A stretch of DNA of 64,000 nucleotides from Amphiscolops sp. MND2022 (taxonomy: Eukaryota): positions 46,688,001 to 46,752,000 of the forward strand of contig OZ076413.1 of assembly GCA_964187785.1 (NCBI GenBank), in the 5' to 3' direction. Below are positions 10,182 through 20,164 of the stretch, piece by piece. Positions within the stretch are counted from its first letter, which is position 1. Each line of letters begins with the position of its first letter. The notes beneath the pieces are model-generated. The model had not been told where the DNA came from. It saw only the letters and a program-made list of their open reading frames with translations, and did no database searches. The position numbers and the translations under genes are program-made.

Positions 10182-13100
10182 AGGTTCTTCGAATGGCTCA
10201 TTTTCATGAGTTTCTTTAGTGCCAATAGGTGTACGTCTCTGTTCTGCGCCATGTGTAGGTCTCGGAGGCCATATTTGGTTAGATGGTGTTCGTGCAATTC
10301 GGTTTCAATGGTTCTCAGAATGTCAGCTTGTTTTTGACATTCGAGAGGGAGAGTCCCTAGGGTCGGGTCAGGCTTTGTTGTGTCTAGTCGTGCCGGAGGC
10401 ACTCTTGTGGTTATGCTCAAGATTCGATTGGGTCGCTCATCCTCTTCCATAGTCGGTGTGGTTTCCCATTGAATTTCGGGATACCAGGGGATATCTCCGG
10501 TTGGTTCGTTAGGCTGATTGTTCTTTCGCTTCTTCTGAAGGATGTATAGCAGAGGTAGTCGAGCTTTAGCTTCTGGGGGGAGTTCAGGGTGGTCTGAGAT
10601 TAGGTGACCACGTTTGTCGATGTATGGGACGGTGGGGAGTTCATCATAGTCTTTTTGTGACATGAAGTTAAATCCTTCGCTTACCTCTGGTAGCTTTTCA
10701 AGAATTTGTTCGCGATTAATGTAATCGTTGGTGCGTTTGCTTAGTCCATCGACATTTCGGTGTTGCGTACGCGGTCTGTGAATTGTTTTGAAATGATATT
10801 GGTCTAGACGTGCGATCCAACGGCCAATCATGGCTTGGTCCATGGAGTAGGTTTTGAGCCATGAAAGAGCTTGGTTGTCTACGCGAAGCGTAAACTCTCG
10901 ACCTGCTAGGTATGAGTGGAATTTCTCTACAAAGTAAAATACTGCATACATCTCCAGTTTGGGGGCGCCGTAGTTCAGTTGGGTTTTGGTCAGTGATTTA
11001 CTACCGTAAACTATTGGTCTCAGGATAGTTTTGCCGTTGTTTTCTTGTTCTTGATGTAGAATACCCGCAATAGCTACCGTGCTGGCGTCTGTATCTAGCA
11101 CGAACCGTCCTTGTTCGTTTGGTGCAGCCAAGGTGGTGACATTGGACAAGGCTTGTTTCACTGAGTCGAAGGCTTCTTGATGTCTTTCCTCCCAGCAGAA
11201 GTGTTGATTCTTCTTTAGCATTTCCTGCATGGGTTGCACTTTGGAGGCGTGGAATGGGACAAAAGCGCGATAGTGGTTAGCAAACCCTAAGAAGCTTTGG
11301 AGTTCTTCTTTGTTTCTTGGTGGCAACCACTCTTGGATTTTGGTCACTGCTTCTGGGTCGGGCTTGATTCCATCGGCTGATACTATCCGTCCCAGATATT
11401 TGGTTTCTCTGCGCATGAAGTCGCATTTTTCCGCTCGCATCTTAAAGCCTGCCTCCCTGAGACATTCAAATACTTCTTTAATCCTCATTATGTGGTCTTC
11501 AATTGTTTCAGTTGCAATCACTATGTCGTCGATGTAGGCCATGACGACACTTCCGTGTCTTTGTTGGATTTTTTGAAGTGCTCTTGTGATGGATCGTTGG
11601 AAGGTGGCGGATGCATTGCATAGCCCGAAGGGCATACGTCGCCATTCAAACAAACCCAATTCAAAGGCAAATGCTGTTTTCCTTCTGTCGCGTTTCTTCA
11701 GTGGTATTTGCCAAAAGGCCCATGCTAGGTCGATACTTGTGAAGATTTTTGCGTTACCTATCCTAGACAGACTTTCGTCTATTCTGGGAAGGGGGAAGGC
11801 GTCTTTTACTGTTACGTCATTTAGCGGTCTAAAGTCGCAACAGAAGCGAAGTTCACCTGTCTTCTTCTTCACCATTACTATTCCACTAGCCCAAGGCGAG
11901 TAGGAAGGTTGGATCAAGCCTAATGCTAAGAGGTTCCTCACTTCTTGGTTGGCTTTGGCGGCTTTGTCTGGTGACATTCGCCTTGCGCCCTCCCTGTGGG
12001 GGATAGCTTCTGATTCCAATTCGATACGATGTTTTGCTATCGTACACTTTCCTATGTCGGCCTTATGTTTCATAAAGAGGTCGTCGTACTCGTTTAAAAC
12101 TTCTGCTAATTGATCTCTCGCTCCCTCCCCCCAAAAAGAAAGGACGGAGGACAGATCTGGGCCTGGTATTGGTTTCAATAGGTTCGGGTCTGTTTGCGCG
12201 CGTTTTTCATTTTCTGACATATCCTCTTCGGACAACTCAGTAGATGATAAAAAGTTTTGTGCGAAAGAACTGAATTCACTGCTTGTATCGTCAAGATCAA
12301 CAATATTAATATTATTAACTTGTTCTATCAGAGGCATAGAGGTTCTATCGGTTTGGTCGACCGGAATCGGTCTAAACTTAAAAACGGTAGGCTCTGCCTT
12401 GCCTAGGAGAGTTCGACTAGGAATTTGTAAGTTTTCAATGGCGGTTTTGTTTCTTACGGCCAAGTATATCGTGCCATCGTCTCCCACCGAAGTTAGGGTG
12501 TCTTCTGAAACAAAGGAACTTCGGTTGTACACCCCGCTGGGGCGTATCATTACATTACGGAAACGATATTCATTGGGATCTTGAGTGATGACTTGTGCTC
12601 TAACTAACTTGCGTTCGAAAGGTCCTAGTACAACTTTGTCGGTGGACACTACTAAGGAAGGTTCATGGTCACTAACCTCATGGATTGGTTTGAAATGGCG
12701 TGGAGTTTTTGGGTCCCTTATGGTGACCCTCATGGCGGTCAAGTCCACGAGGACATTATAGGTGCGTAAGAAGTTACGTCCTAACAGGAAGTCTTCAGCC
12801 CCTAAGTGATCAGCAAGGACGATGAAGTTAGTCTTCAATGAGTGGCCGCCCAATTGGAAATTCACGTTTTCTGCCATGCCGACCGTCGTTATTGTTTTGC
12901 CGTTTGCTGCGTATAAGTGGATGTCGTACGGCATGAGGCTCAACGAATGGGCGGAAGCAATCTTTTGGTACGCTGCAAGGGAGAGGATAGAAACACCAGA
13001 ACCCGTGTCAATCATACCATACAAGGGAATGGACTCTTGGAGGTTGCTGCCAAAGGCAACTACCAAAGAAGCTCGTTCGTCGATGCTAGCTTCCCCTTGA

Positions 13101-14773
13101 GTGTCTTGTACTCCAATGTTATAACACCTCAACTCCTGGCGACCTAAGTATAATCCCTGAGGGAAGTAACCTTCTACCACTACGATGGCGTCAAATTTCA
13201 TGTCGACCCCGTCTACATTAATGGCTACCGGTACTGGGGAAATTGTTTTTACTTTCTGGATTGGGGCCAATTTTGTCTCGTCCTCTCGGGTGAAATGCGG
13301 TAGCGGTCGAGCTGCGATAGTATACTTGGAATTTCTGCATAGCTCCTCTTTTAATTGCGCTAACGTCAATTCAGGACGTGTTTTTTGTTCAGCCGAGAGA
13401 AGTAAGTGTATGGAGATGAGTGTCTCGGTGCAGTCGGGGGCGGGTGCTTCCAATGTGGTAAGCACTTGTTTTTCGCCGCAAGTAATGACGACAGGACGGG
13501 AAGGGCCTCCGGCCTCTGCTACCGAGATTACTCTGACTTGATCATCCTGTGATGCGCCTTCGAATTGATTGGTGTGCGGTGCATACCATGCTGCCCTTAT
13601 TTGTTCTTCTTGTCTGGGATATTCTGGGGATATGCATTCCGATGCGGAATGTTCGGCACATCCACAATTGACACAGAAAGCTACAGTTCCTTGGATTGGT
13701 AGGGATGCTGGGTACACTTGGTTGTTCACTCCGTGGGGTTGTGATGGACAAGTCCATCCACCGGAGGGGTTGGTGTGACAAGAATTTACTTGTTGCTGTA
13801 CCGGTTTCCGTGCACGGTCTTTGAGTGGGCAATCGATTACGAAGTGTGATGGGTCCCCACAATTGAAGCATGCTCGTTGGGGTTGTGGTCGGTAGGGTGC
13901 TGGTTGTTGTGGAGGTGGAATTTGTTGGGGTTGCGGTATCGGCGGTGGAATTGCCTGAGGCAATTTCGGTTGTTGATTCGGTTGTTGAGGCTGAGGGTGT
14001 TGAGGCTGGGGCATTTGGTAGTTGTCTGAGCGGTTAGAACCACGCATGCGCAGGTATTGTTGGACTGTGAAGCGAAGCGCTTCTACCGTTGGAGGTGCTT
14101 CAACGTACTGTTCTTGCGCATACATTAAGGCGAGGTTCCTTTTGAGTTCAAAGTTGCGTACACCCTCGATGAATTTTTGCATTATCTCATATCTGCGAAC
14201 GGTAACCTCTTCGTTGGGGTAGCCTTGACTGCGCAGGCCTTCGAGAGCATCGAGATATTGCATGTAGTCTTCTTCATTGCTTTGGTTGCGTGTACGGAAC
14301 TGCTGCTGTATATTGATCTTGCTTGATCCAGTTCCGAATCGTCGTGCCAGCAATGCAAAGACTTTTTCATCGGTGTCTCTTTCCGCTTCGGATTTGTTAG
14401 TAATGTAGTCACGGGCCTCATGTTCCAGGTACTCTATTATGGTCCAGGCCTTGTCGAGAGGAGTAGCTCTGGTGTGTGCCTTCTCCAAGTGGCGCTTCAT
14501 CAGCATCATCCACCCGTCGGCGTTTCCGTCTTTGGTCCCTCGATATTTTGTGGGTTTTCCCTTCGATTCTTTCGCCGCGAGTAACGGTTCCAAGCCTTTG
14601 GACATAGCAGTTGAGATCGCCTCCGCCAATGCTTGTCGTTGGCTAGTTCTTGGGGTGTCTGGCGTTGCTTTTGGCGATTCTGAAGGCTGTTCGATTTCGT
14701 CATTATTTTCTTCTAGGTTTCTTTTCGTTGTGGATTTTCGCTGTGTACTTGTGGCTACTGGCCGCGGGATCAA
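10112..14773 (-). CDS. Gag-Pol polyprotein (capsid, 2 CCHC knuckles, protease, RT, RNase H)
   Basis: CFNCGDPSHFVIDC and CVNCGCAEHSASEC knuckles; protease IDTGS..LLGRNFL; RT LRFCCDFRPLN..MPFGL..YIDD; RNase H FVLDTDAS..LEMYAV..VDNQAL..NVDGLS. Confidence 0.97.
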   Translation of the reverse strand: MIPRPVATSTQRKSTTKRNLEENNDEIEQPSESPKATPDTPRTSQRQALAEAISTAMSKGLEPLLAAKESKGKPTKYRGTKDGNADGWMMLMKRHLEKAHTRATPLDKAWTIIEYLEHEARDYITNKSEAERDTDEKVFALLARRFGTGSSKINIQQQFRTRNQSNEEDYMQYLDALEGLRSQGYPNEEVTVRRYEIMQKFIEGVRNFELKRNLALMYAQEQYVEAPPTVEALRFTVQQYLRMRGSNRSDNYQMPQPQHPQPQQPNQQPKLPQAIPPPIPQPQQIPPPQQPAPYRPQPQRACFNCGDPSHFVIDCPLKDRARKPVQQQVNSCHTNPSGGWTCPSQPHGVNNQVYPASLPIQGTVAFCVNCGCAEHSASECISPEYPRQEEQIRAAWYAPHTNQFEGASQDDQVRVISVAEAGGPSRPVVITCGEKQVLTTLEAPAPDCTETLISIHLLLSAEQKTRPELTLAQLKEELCRNSKYTIAARPLPHFTREDETKLAPIQKVKTISPVPVAINVDGVDMKFDAIVVVEGYFPQGLYLGRQELRCYNIGVQDTQGEASIDERASLVVAFGSNLQESIPLYGMIDTGSGVSILSLAAYQKIASAHSLSLMPYDIHLYAANGKTITTVGMAENVNFQLGGHSLKTNFIVLADHLGAEDFLLGRNFLRTYNVLVDLTAMRVTIRDPKTPRHFKPIHEVSDHEPSLVVSTDKVVLGPFERKLVRAQVITQDPNEYRFRNVMIRPSGVYNRSSFVSEDTLTSVGDDGTIYLAVRNKTAIENLQIPSRTLLGKAEPTVFKFRPIPVDQTDRTSMPLIEQVNNINIVDLDDTSSEFSSFAQNFLSSTELSEEDMSENEKRAQTDPNLLKPIPGPDLSSVLSFWGEGARDQLAEVLNEYDDLFMKHKADIGKCTIAKHRIELESEAIPHREGARRMSPDKAAKANQEVRNLLALGLIQPSYSPWASGIVMVKKKTGELRFCCDFRPLNDVTVKDAFPLPRIDESLSRIGNAKIFTSIDLAWAFWQIPLKKRDRRKTAFAFELGLFEWRRMPFGLCNASATFQRSITRALQKIQQRHGSVVMAYIDDIVIATETIEDHIMRIKEVFECLREAGFKMRAEKCDFMRRETKYLGRIVSADGIKPDPEAVTKIQEWLPPRNKEELQSFLGFANHYRAFVPFHASKVQPMQEMLKKNQHFCWEERHQEAFDSVKQALSNVTTLAAPNEQGRFVLDTDASTVAIAGILHQEQENNGKTILRPIVYGSKSLTKTQLNYGAPKLEMYAVFYFVEKFHSYLAGREFTLRVDNQALSWLKTYSMDQAMIGRWIARLDQYHFKTIHRPRTQHRNVDGLSKRTNDYINREQILEKLPEVSEGFNFMSQKDYDELPTVPYIDKRGHLISDHPELPPEAKARLPLLYILQKKRKNNQPNEPTGDIPWYPEIQWETTPTMEEDERPNRILSITTRVPPARLDTTKPDPTLGTLPLECQKQADILRTIETELHEHHLTKYGLRDLHMAQNRDVHLLALKKLMKMSHSKNLCSQMKYKTSPKDTTIKRKTCYS

Positions 14774-16246
14774 GTATGGTAATTTGATTCCCTTGTGGTC
14801 ATACCGCTTGCGGGTGAGTAATAATCTCCCGTTGTTGATGCACCGCGAGCAAACGGATCAAATGAGATGCTGGTTAATGGGTCCGTGCCCACGTCGCGGG
14901 ACTCTGTTATCACTCTTGCCATTTTGTTAGTTCGTGGAAGGTCCCTTTTGTAGGTTGCGGGTGGTATCAGCTTCAAGGGTTTTGCTTGCTCGGCGTTGGA
15001 CTGGGCCACCTTGCGGTAAGCAGTTTGCGTTGGGTTTGGTGCTGCGCTAGTGGAGGGGTATCCGTCTGAATTTGAGATCATCGACGCCACTGGCATTACT
15101 TTTGTTTGAGTTGTTGCAGTTTGGGCTGCCATCGCTCTTACTCCAAGCGTCAAATCCTTCATCGAGGTCATCAAGTCTATCATTCTGGTGTTTGCGTCGG
15201 TTTCTCTACGCTGCATGAGATCTGACATCATTTTCATCCGTTCGTCTGCTTGACGGTCTCTCTCTTTCATCACGGCGGACATTTCGGCCATGCGCATGTG
15301 CTATGCTTTCCCTCTGCTTTATTAAGTCGTTGAGAGAAGCCATGGATGCTTCCAGTCTTCCTTGGCTTTGACGCCCTTCGGCCTGTATTTCTAGCAGGCC
15401 TTTCCTCATTTCATCCATGTCTCTCATAATGACATCAGCCCTTATTACATGCTCAGTATTTTCTCGTGACAATCGTGAATGTACTTGTGATAGCTGAGCC
15501 AGGCTGTTTCGAAATTCTTCCCTTACTGCTTGGGACTCTTTCGTGACTTTCGTAACGGTCGAGTCAGGGGCCGTTTCCATACTGGTTCTGGAATTAGGGG
15601 TATGATCTAATCTGTCCATTCGCCTTGGGGCAAGATCTAAGTTTCTAGATGGAGGTGTTCTAAAGACATACCTCAATGGGGTATTTTCCGTTTGTGTTGG
15701 TTGATCGTCGTTTGGCTGGGCAGGTGCCGTAGATGGCCCTGTTTTTTGTGCGTATCCGCTTAGAAAGGGGTTCTGATCGTTTCGATTTGTGTTAATATCT
15801 GGTGCGTGGGAACCCAGCGGGTTCTTTTTAATCAAAGGAGTGCGGGGGGCCGCCACAGCAGTTGAGTGATTACTATTTTGTGATGCCGTTTCTTCGGCAG
15901 CACTTATTTCATTTTGGGTTTTTTTATTTGAGTTGGCCCATTCCTCTAGGCTATAGTCAGTGACTTCTAGAGGGGGCCAGGCGTTACTTCGCGTAGTATT
16001 TCCTGTACTATCCACTGGATGAGTACTGTCAGGGGAAGCTTGCGACGAACCGAGCTGTTCTGCTGCGGTTGTCATCTCCGTGTTTTGATCTGTGCTGGGG
16101 ATGTAGTCAGACATGAATTCTAAAAACATGTCTGTAATGGTAGGTTCAGGAGAACTGTTGGTAAGAGTCTCCCAACTGGTTGCATCTCTTGCTATATTGA
16201 ATTATGGGTTGGTGGCATGGAAACTTTTGGGAGGGTTCCTGTTCAT
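14770..16246 (-). pseudogene. N-terminal extension of Gag (disordered region plus Met-rich coiled coil), broken by one stop and two frameshifts
   Basis: In-frame ATG at 16246 (MNRNPPKSFHATNP*FNIARD.., TAA at 16202-16204) leads into ORF 15206-16129. A shift near 15298 joins ORF 14770-15297, which abuts gag at 14773. Confidence 0.7.
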
Positions 16247-17149
16247 TCTGGTCAATTTTTAGCGTATGGGTTCTGGTTTTAAACAAAAAGGGGAATTCTT
16301 GAATAAGGAATTTTTAATTTATATGTCTCACCCTTTCCTCCTAAGAAAGGATGGAAGATGATTTTAGGTTGGTTGTTGATTTTTCTAAAAAAAATTTTTT
16401 TTTGGATTGTATGTATGTGGTCGCTATAGGCAGGGAGCGACTACAGAATTGAGGTTAACAAAAAGGTTAGGACTAGCTTTGGTAAGAGGGCTAGTTTAAT
16501 TCTAAATACTAATATTTAACTGAAAACTTCGTTTCGACTGTCCACTGAGTGGAGGGGAACTAAAAAAAAATTTTTTTGATTATTTACGTTTTATTTACTA
16601 ATTCACTATGGAATAGGCAATGAAATTGCCTATTGAGCTTTAATCAATATTGTGGGTGGCTGATTATTTGGATGAATGGTAGTGGTCAATATGCTTTAAG
16701 CGCAGTGCGCTCTTTCGGTTGGACGAACTTGTCACTCACTAAGTTTTCTCAATTTTCTGATTCGGGTACAGTGGAATGGAGGATTGGAAAAGGATTCGGG
16801 GATTGGTACGAAAGAAAGGGTTTAGTTAGGAAGGCGAGTTGAATTAAAGCTGTTGAGCTAATGGGGATACTGTTTTACTTTTTTAGAAAATTCGGTATTG
16901 GGGTGTCCAAATTTTTTTTTGTCAGCAGAGTGAGTTCTTTGGAGGCCGTGGGTTTTGGGAAAACTGCTATGGCAGTCGATGCGGCTCTATTGGGAGCGTG
17001 GGAAGTGCTCGTTGTATTGTAGGGTTATTTTCGAGACCTTACATTGGTTGTTGGGGACTGGAAGGGGGCTGTTCTCTATTCAATTTTCACCAAATTAGCA
17101 AATTTGCTGTCAATCGGCACGTCTGAGAAGGGTGAAAATCACTTCCAGA

Positions 17150-18060
17150 GCTCGTAACGGCTTGAAAATTTCACACCATATATTACATCAGCTGAATCGT
17201 GGGAAATTGAACGCCGATTGTACAGAAATTGACCCTGTGGGTGTTACGGTCACTTAGCAATGTTCATTGAAAAGTTGACTATATCACGAAATTCGCAAAA
17301 AGTGGTCAAACTCGTTTTCTAGGCTTCCTAGCTACCTGAAATCTTGCATGTGAGCGTAACTTGTGCCCATGTAACAGAAAAACAGAGCGGCGAGGTGCCT
17401 CGATCAATTTCTAGCAATATGAAGTGACAAAACCTTGATGTACTAGAGGTACCATTTTTTCGGGTCAAAATTCACAAAAATGTCAATTTCTCAGCTTTGG
17501 CTTGTAGCCGGCTGCTCAAATTGCACAAATCGTCGTGATCTGGTGCCGTGCGAACGAAAATGCAAGAATTTTAGTGTTGGGATACCTGCGAGGTATTGCA
17601 CTATGCTCAACTAAAATTCAAATTTTTCGACATTTTCACACGATTTTTGAGCAAAACTGCGGCTAAGATTTCTCAATCACTAGTAATGCTAGCGCTACGA
17701 AAATTACACCACTAACGTAACTTTTTATGGTCTACACGCTGGTGCAATCTGTTTGAGGCTGCTCCTACTAGTAGAGATTTCGACTAGTGCTGGAAGCACT
17801 ACTATATGGTTCCCAAAATGTCGCAAAAATAACGCGTTTTCGGCTATTTCTCGACAACCACTGGTTGGAATCACTCGCGGTTTTCTGCGTTTGTAACGTT
17901 AGGGTATATACTAACAGAAAACAAGCAAGCGAAAACTGGTAGGTTCCAAATAGGGTCTCTCAAAAATTTTTCAAGTTGCACTTTTTACACTCTTGGAACA
18001 ATACTGAAATAACGTGTTTTCACCAAGAAATTTTTATTTATCGGTTCTTGGGCGTTTGGG
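17150..18060. repeat. Degenerate periodic repeat of about 180 bp in the 2.9-kb 5' leader
   Basis: ATTTCTC at 17486, 17668 and 17846. AAA-TT-CA/GCA-type motifs near 17163, 17338, 17517 and 17699. Confidence 0.45.
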
Positions 18061-19103
18061 ATTGTCCCAATAGTACTGTGGGAGAGTGTGACAACTTATT
18101 TTAAGGGGTTGGGGTTCGTTCAATTATTATTTTTGGTGTTATATCGCTCAGGTCTATGGGGTCCTCTGCTCAGATCTATGTATATCAAAAGAAACAAGTT
18201 ATTAAAGTTTCAATTCCTATTGGGGAGCCTTAACAAACAACTTGGTAGTAGTGTTTCGTGCTACCAAGTTGGGGAAAAAGATTTTTGGGCTGATTGAGAA
18301 GCTTGGGAGCTAGTGTCCAAGGCTTAGACCTGGTCAAGTTGGGTCAAAATGGCCAAATTTGACGATTTTTTAACAGAAATTGCTGAATTTTTCGCTATTT
18401 TTGGAAAAATGGCCCTGCAAAATTTTTTGTTCCTGACCCAGGGGGTCTGTTGGAACGTTTTTTTAGTATTCCCACTGGCCTTACTCTGTTTGATAAAATA
18501 TTTATTTTCAAAATTGAAAATTTCGGTAATTGAGCTATAAATAACGTTATTTTCGAGGTTTTCGAGCTCAAATTTTTTAACAACTGATCGGAATACCCTA
18601 TGGGTATTTTTCTCAATTAGTTATAATGGTGATAGGCCTGGGAATACTCTTTTTGGGCCGTTAAATTAAGAAAAAAGACGATTTCACCCGTCTGACGTGA
18701 TGTACTGCAATCACAGGGGCGTGGGAGGAGTGGTTGTGTAGGACATCACCACGTGATCACAGCTGGTGGGAACCTTCGGCGCTCGTCCTCTCTGTCCCCA
18801 TACATTGCAAATTAGCTGAAAATAAGCTAGAAAACCCTTTAAAACACGTTCCGGATAGGCCGGAATAGCTTTTTTATTAGGTTTTAGTGAGGAAAAAGGG
18901 GGTACACTGTTAAGAACGGTTAATTTCTCTAAGTAGACCTCAGAAACACGGGGAAAACGCAGGAATAACACTAGCACAAAGCCCAGAGGGCCAGAAAAAT
19001 GCTATAAAAATAATCTAGGACCCTCCCAAAACGTTTTCCTAGATCTGGGCCCTTCGAGGCCGGAAAGCAGAAGTTGCTCCTACCTGTACGCAATATGAAA
19101 AAT

Positions 19104-19121
19104 ATCCCTCTGTGGTCGCCA
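19104..19121 (-). other. Primer-binding site, tRNA-Arg-like
   Basis: Minus strand TGGCGACCACAGAGGGAT is complementary to a tRNA 3' end ATCCCTCTGTGGTCG-CCA, which resembles metazoan tRNA-Arg(UCG). It lies 16 nt from the LTR edge. Confidence 0.75.
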
Positions 19122-19137
19122 TAAAAACTATTCCAGA

Positions 19138-19853
19138 TGTAACGACCGGCTAGCGACGCACATCTAGGAAAAGGGACAATGCCTAGGATGCTTAAACAGG
19201 AGACCGTTGTCTTACTACATACCTAGACACTAGTTTTTGATCCCAAAATGGTCTCCAAGGGGGACTTTTCTAACGTCTAAGGAGGCTTCTCTAGTTAGAG
19301 CTCCGAAGCGACGCGCCGGCACTCTCAAAGTCCGGACACGCCCCACAAGCCTGTAAAAACATTCCTAAGGTTTCTAATGTACTCCTGCGAGTTCCTACAT
19401 GCTTCCGAGGTCAAAACAGTGATTTAGCTGGAAAACATAATATTTGGGAAATAAGATATAAAATGACCTAGAAGGTCAAACATCTTCCAAATATTGAAGG
19501 GAATTATGAAGATAATAAGGAAAAACGGGGACAAACCCCAATTACTTTACAGTTTCAAGCCATAATTCGGAATATCCCTCTGGCAATCTTCATCTGAAAT
19601 TGTTGAATTTCGTAAGAGATGACACAACTTCCCGATAATCGCCATTCTGACATTCCTCGATCTTCTTGCTCTTTCATCTTTTTCTGCTGTCTCTCCGGCA
19701 CGTGTTCTCTTTCTTGCTCGCTCTCCGCGTGTTTTCTTTTTTCTTTCACACTTTTTGTACCTGTCAGGTCGGCCATCTTTTTTCTTCTATTTTGACATCG
19801 CACATTTCGAATTTTTCATCGAAATTTTGGTCATGCCGATGGCAGACGTTACA
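19138..19853 (-). repeat. 5' LTR (716 bp)
   Basis: TGTAACG...CGTTACA with a perfect 7-bp terminal inverted repeat; near-identical to 888-1607. Confidence 0.97.
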
Positions 19854-20164
19854 CAAAAATACATCCGAACTAACTCATAAATTGCAATTGAATGACTAGT
19901 AGCAAGTGTCCTGACACGTGTTAGTTTACCTATAAGTATTTGTTATACCAGACAAATAATAAAATTGAGTCCAGATTTGAGCGGGGTTGTGCGAAAGGCG
20001 TCGTTATTTCGCTAATTAGTTTCATTTTTACTCATGCAGTCAACTTGTGAATCAAGATCTCACAATCGTTCTTCCGATAGAAAGTTTTGAAAGTTTGACT
20101 CATTCCTTTTGCAAATCATCTCAAAATGGCCTCAAAAATTTTTTAATGAATTAGCTTGGATGTA

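Larger units (their letters stand above)
888..19853 (-). mobile_element. Giant (about 19 kb) Ty3/Gypsy LTR retrotransposon, full length, with inactivating point lesions
   Basis: Two direct repeats of about 720 bp with TG...CA ends, a PBS inside the right LTR and a PPT inside the left LTR. Minus-strand gag, PR, RT, RH, IN are in Gypsy order. Confidence 0.97.

Noticed and set aside
6691..16246. Programmed frameshifting or stop-start coupling (for example the ATGA overlap at 8679-8682)
   Set aside because: About ten lesions across both large ORFs are compatible with the roughly 1% LTR divergence plus homopolymer errors (10201-10204). No clear slippery site. Needs a consensus to revisit.
881..19860. 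Clean target-site duplication for the giant LTR element
   Set aside because: Flanks are AACAA|TG and CA|CAAAA. Only CAA matches; a 4-bp ACAA TSD needs a 1-bp loss, so it is not asserted.
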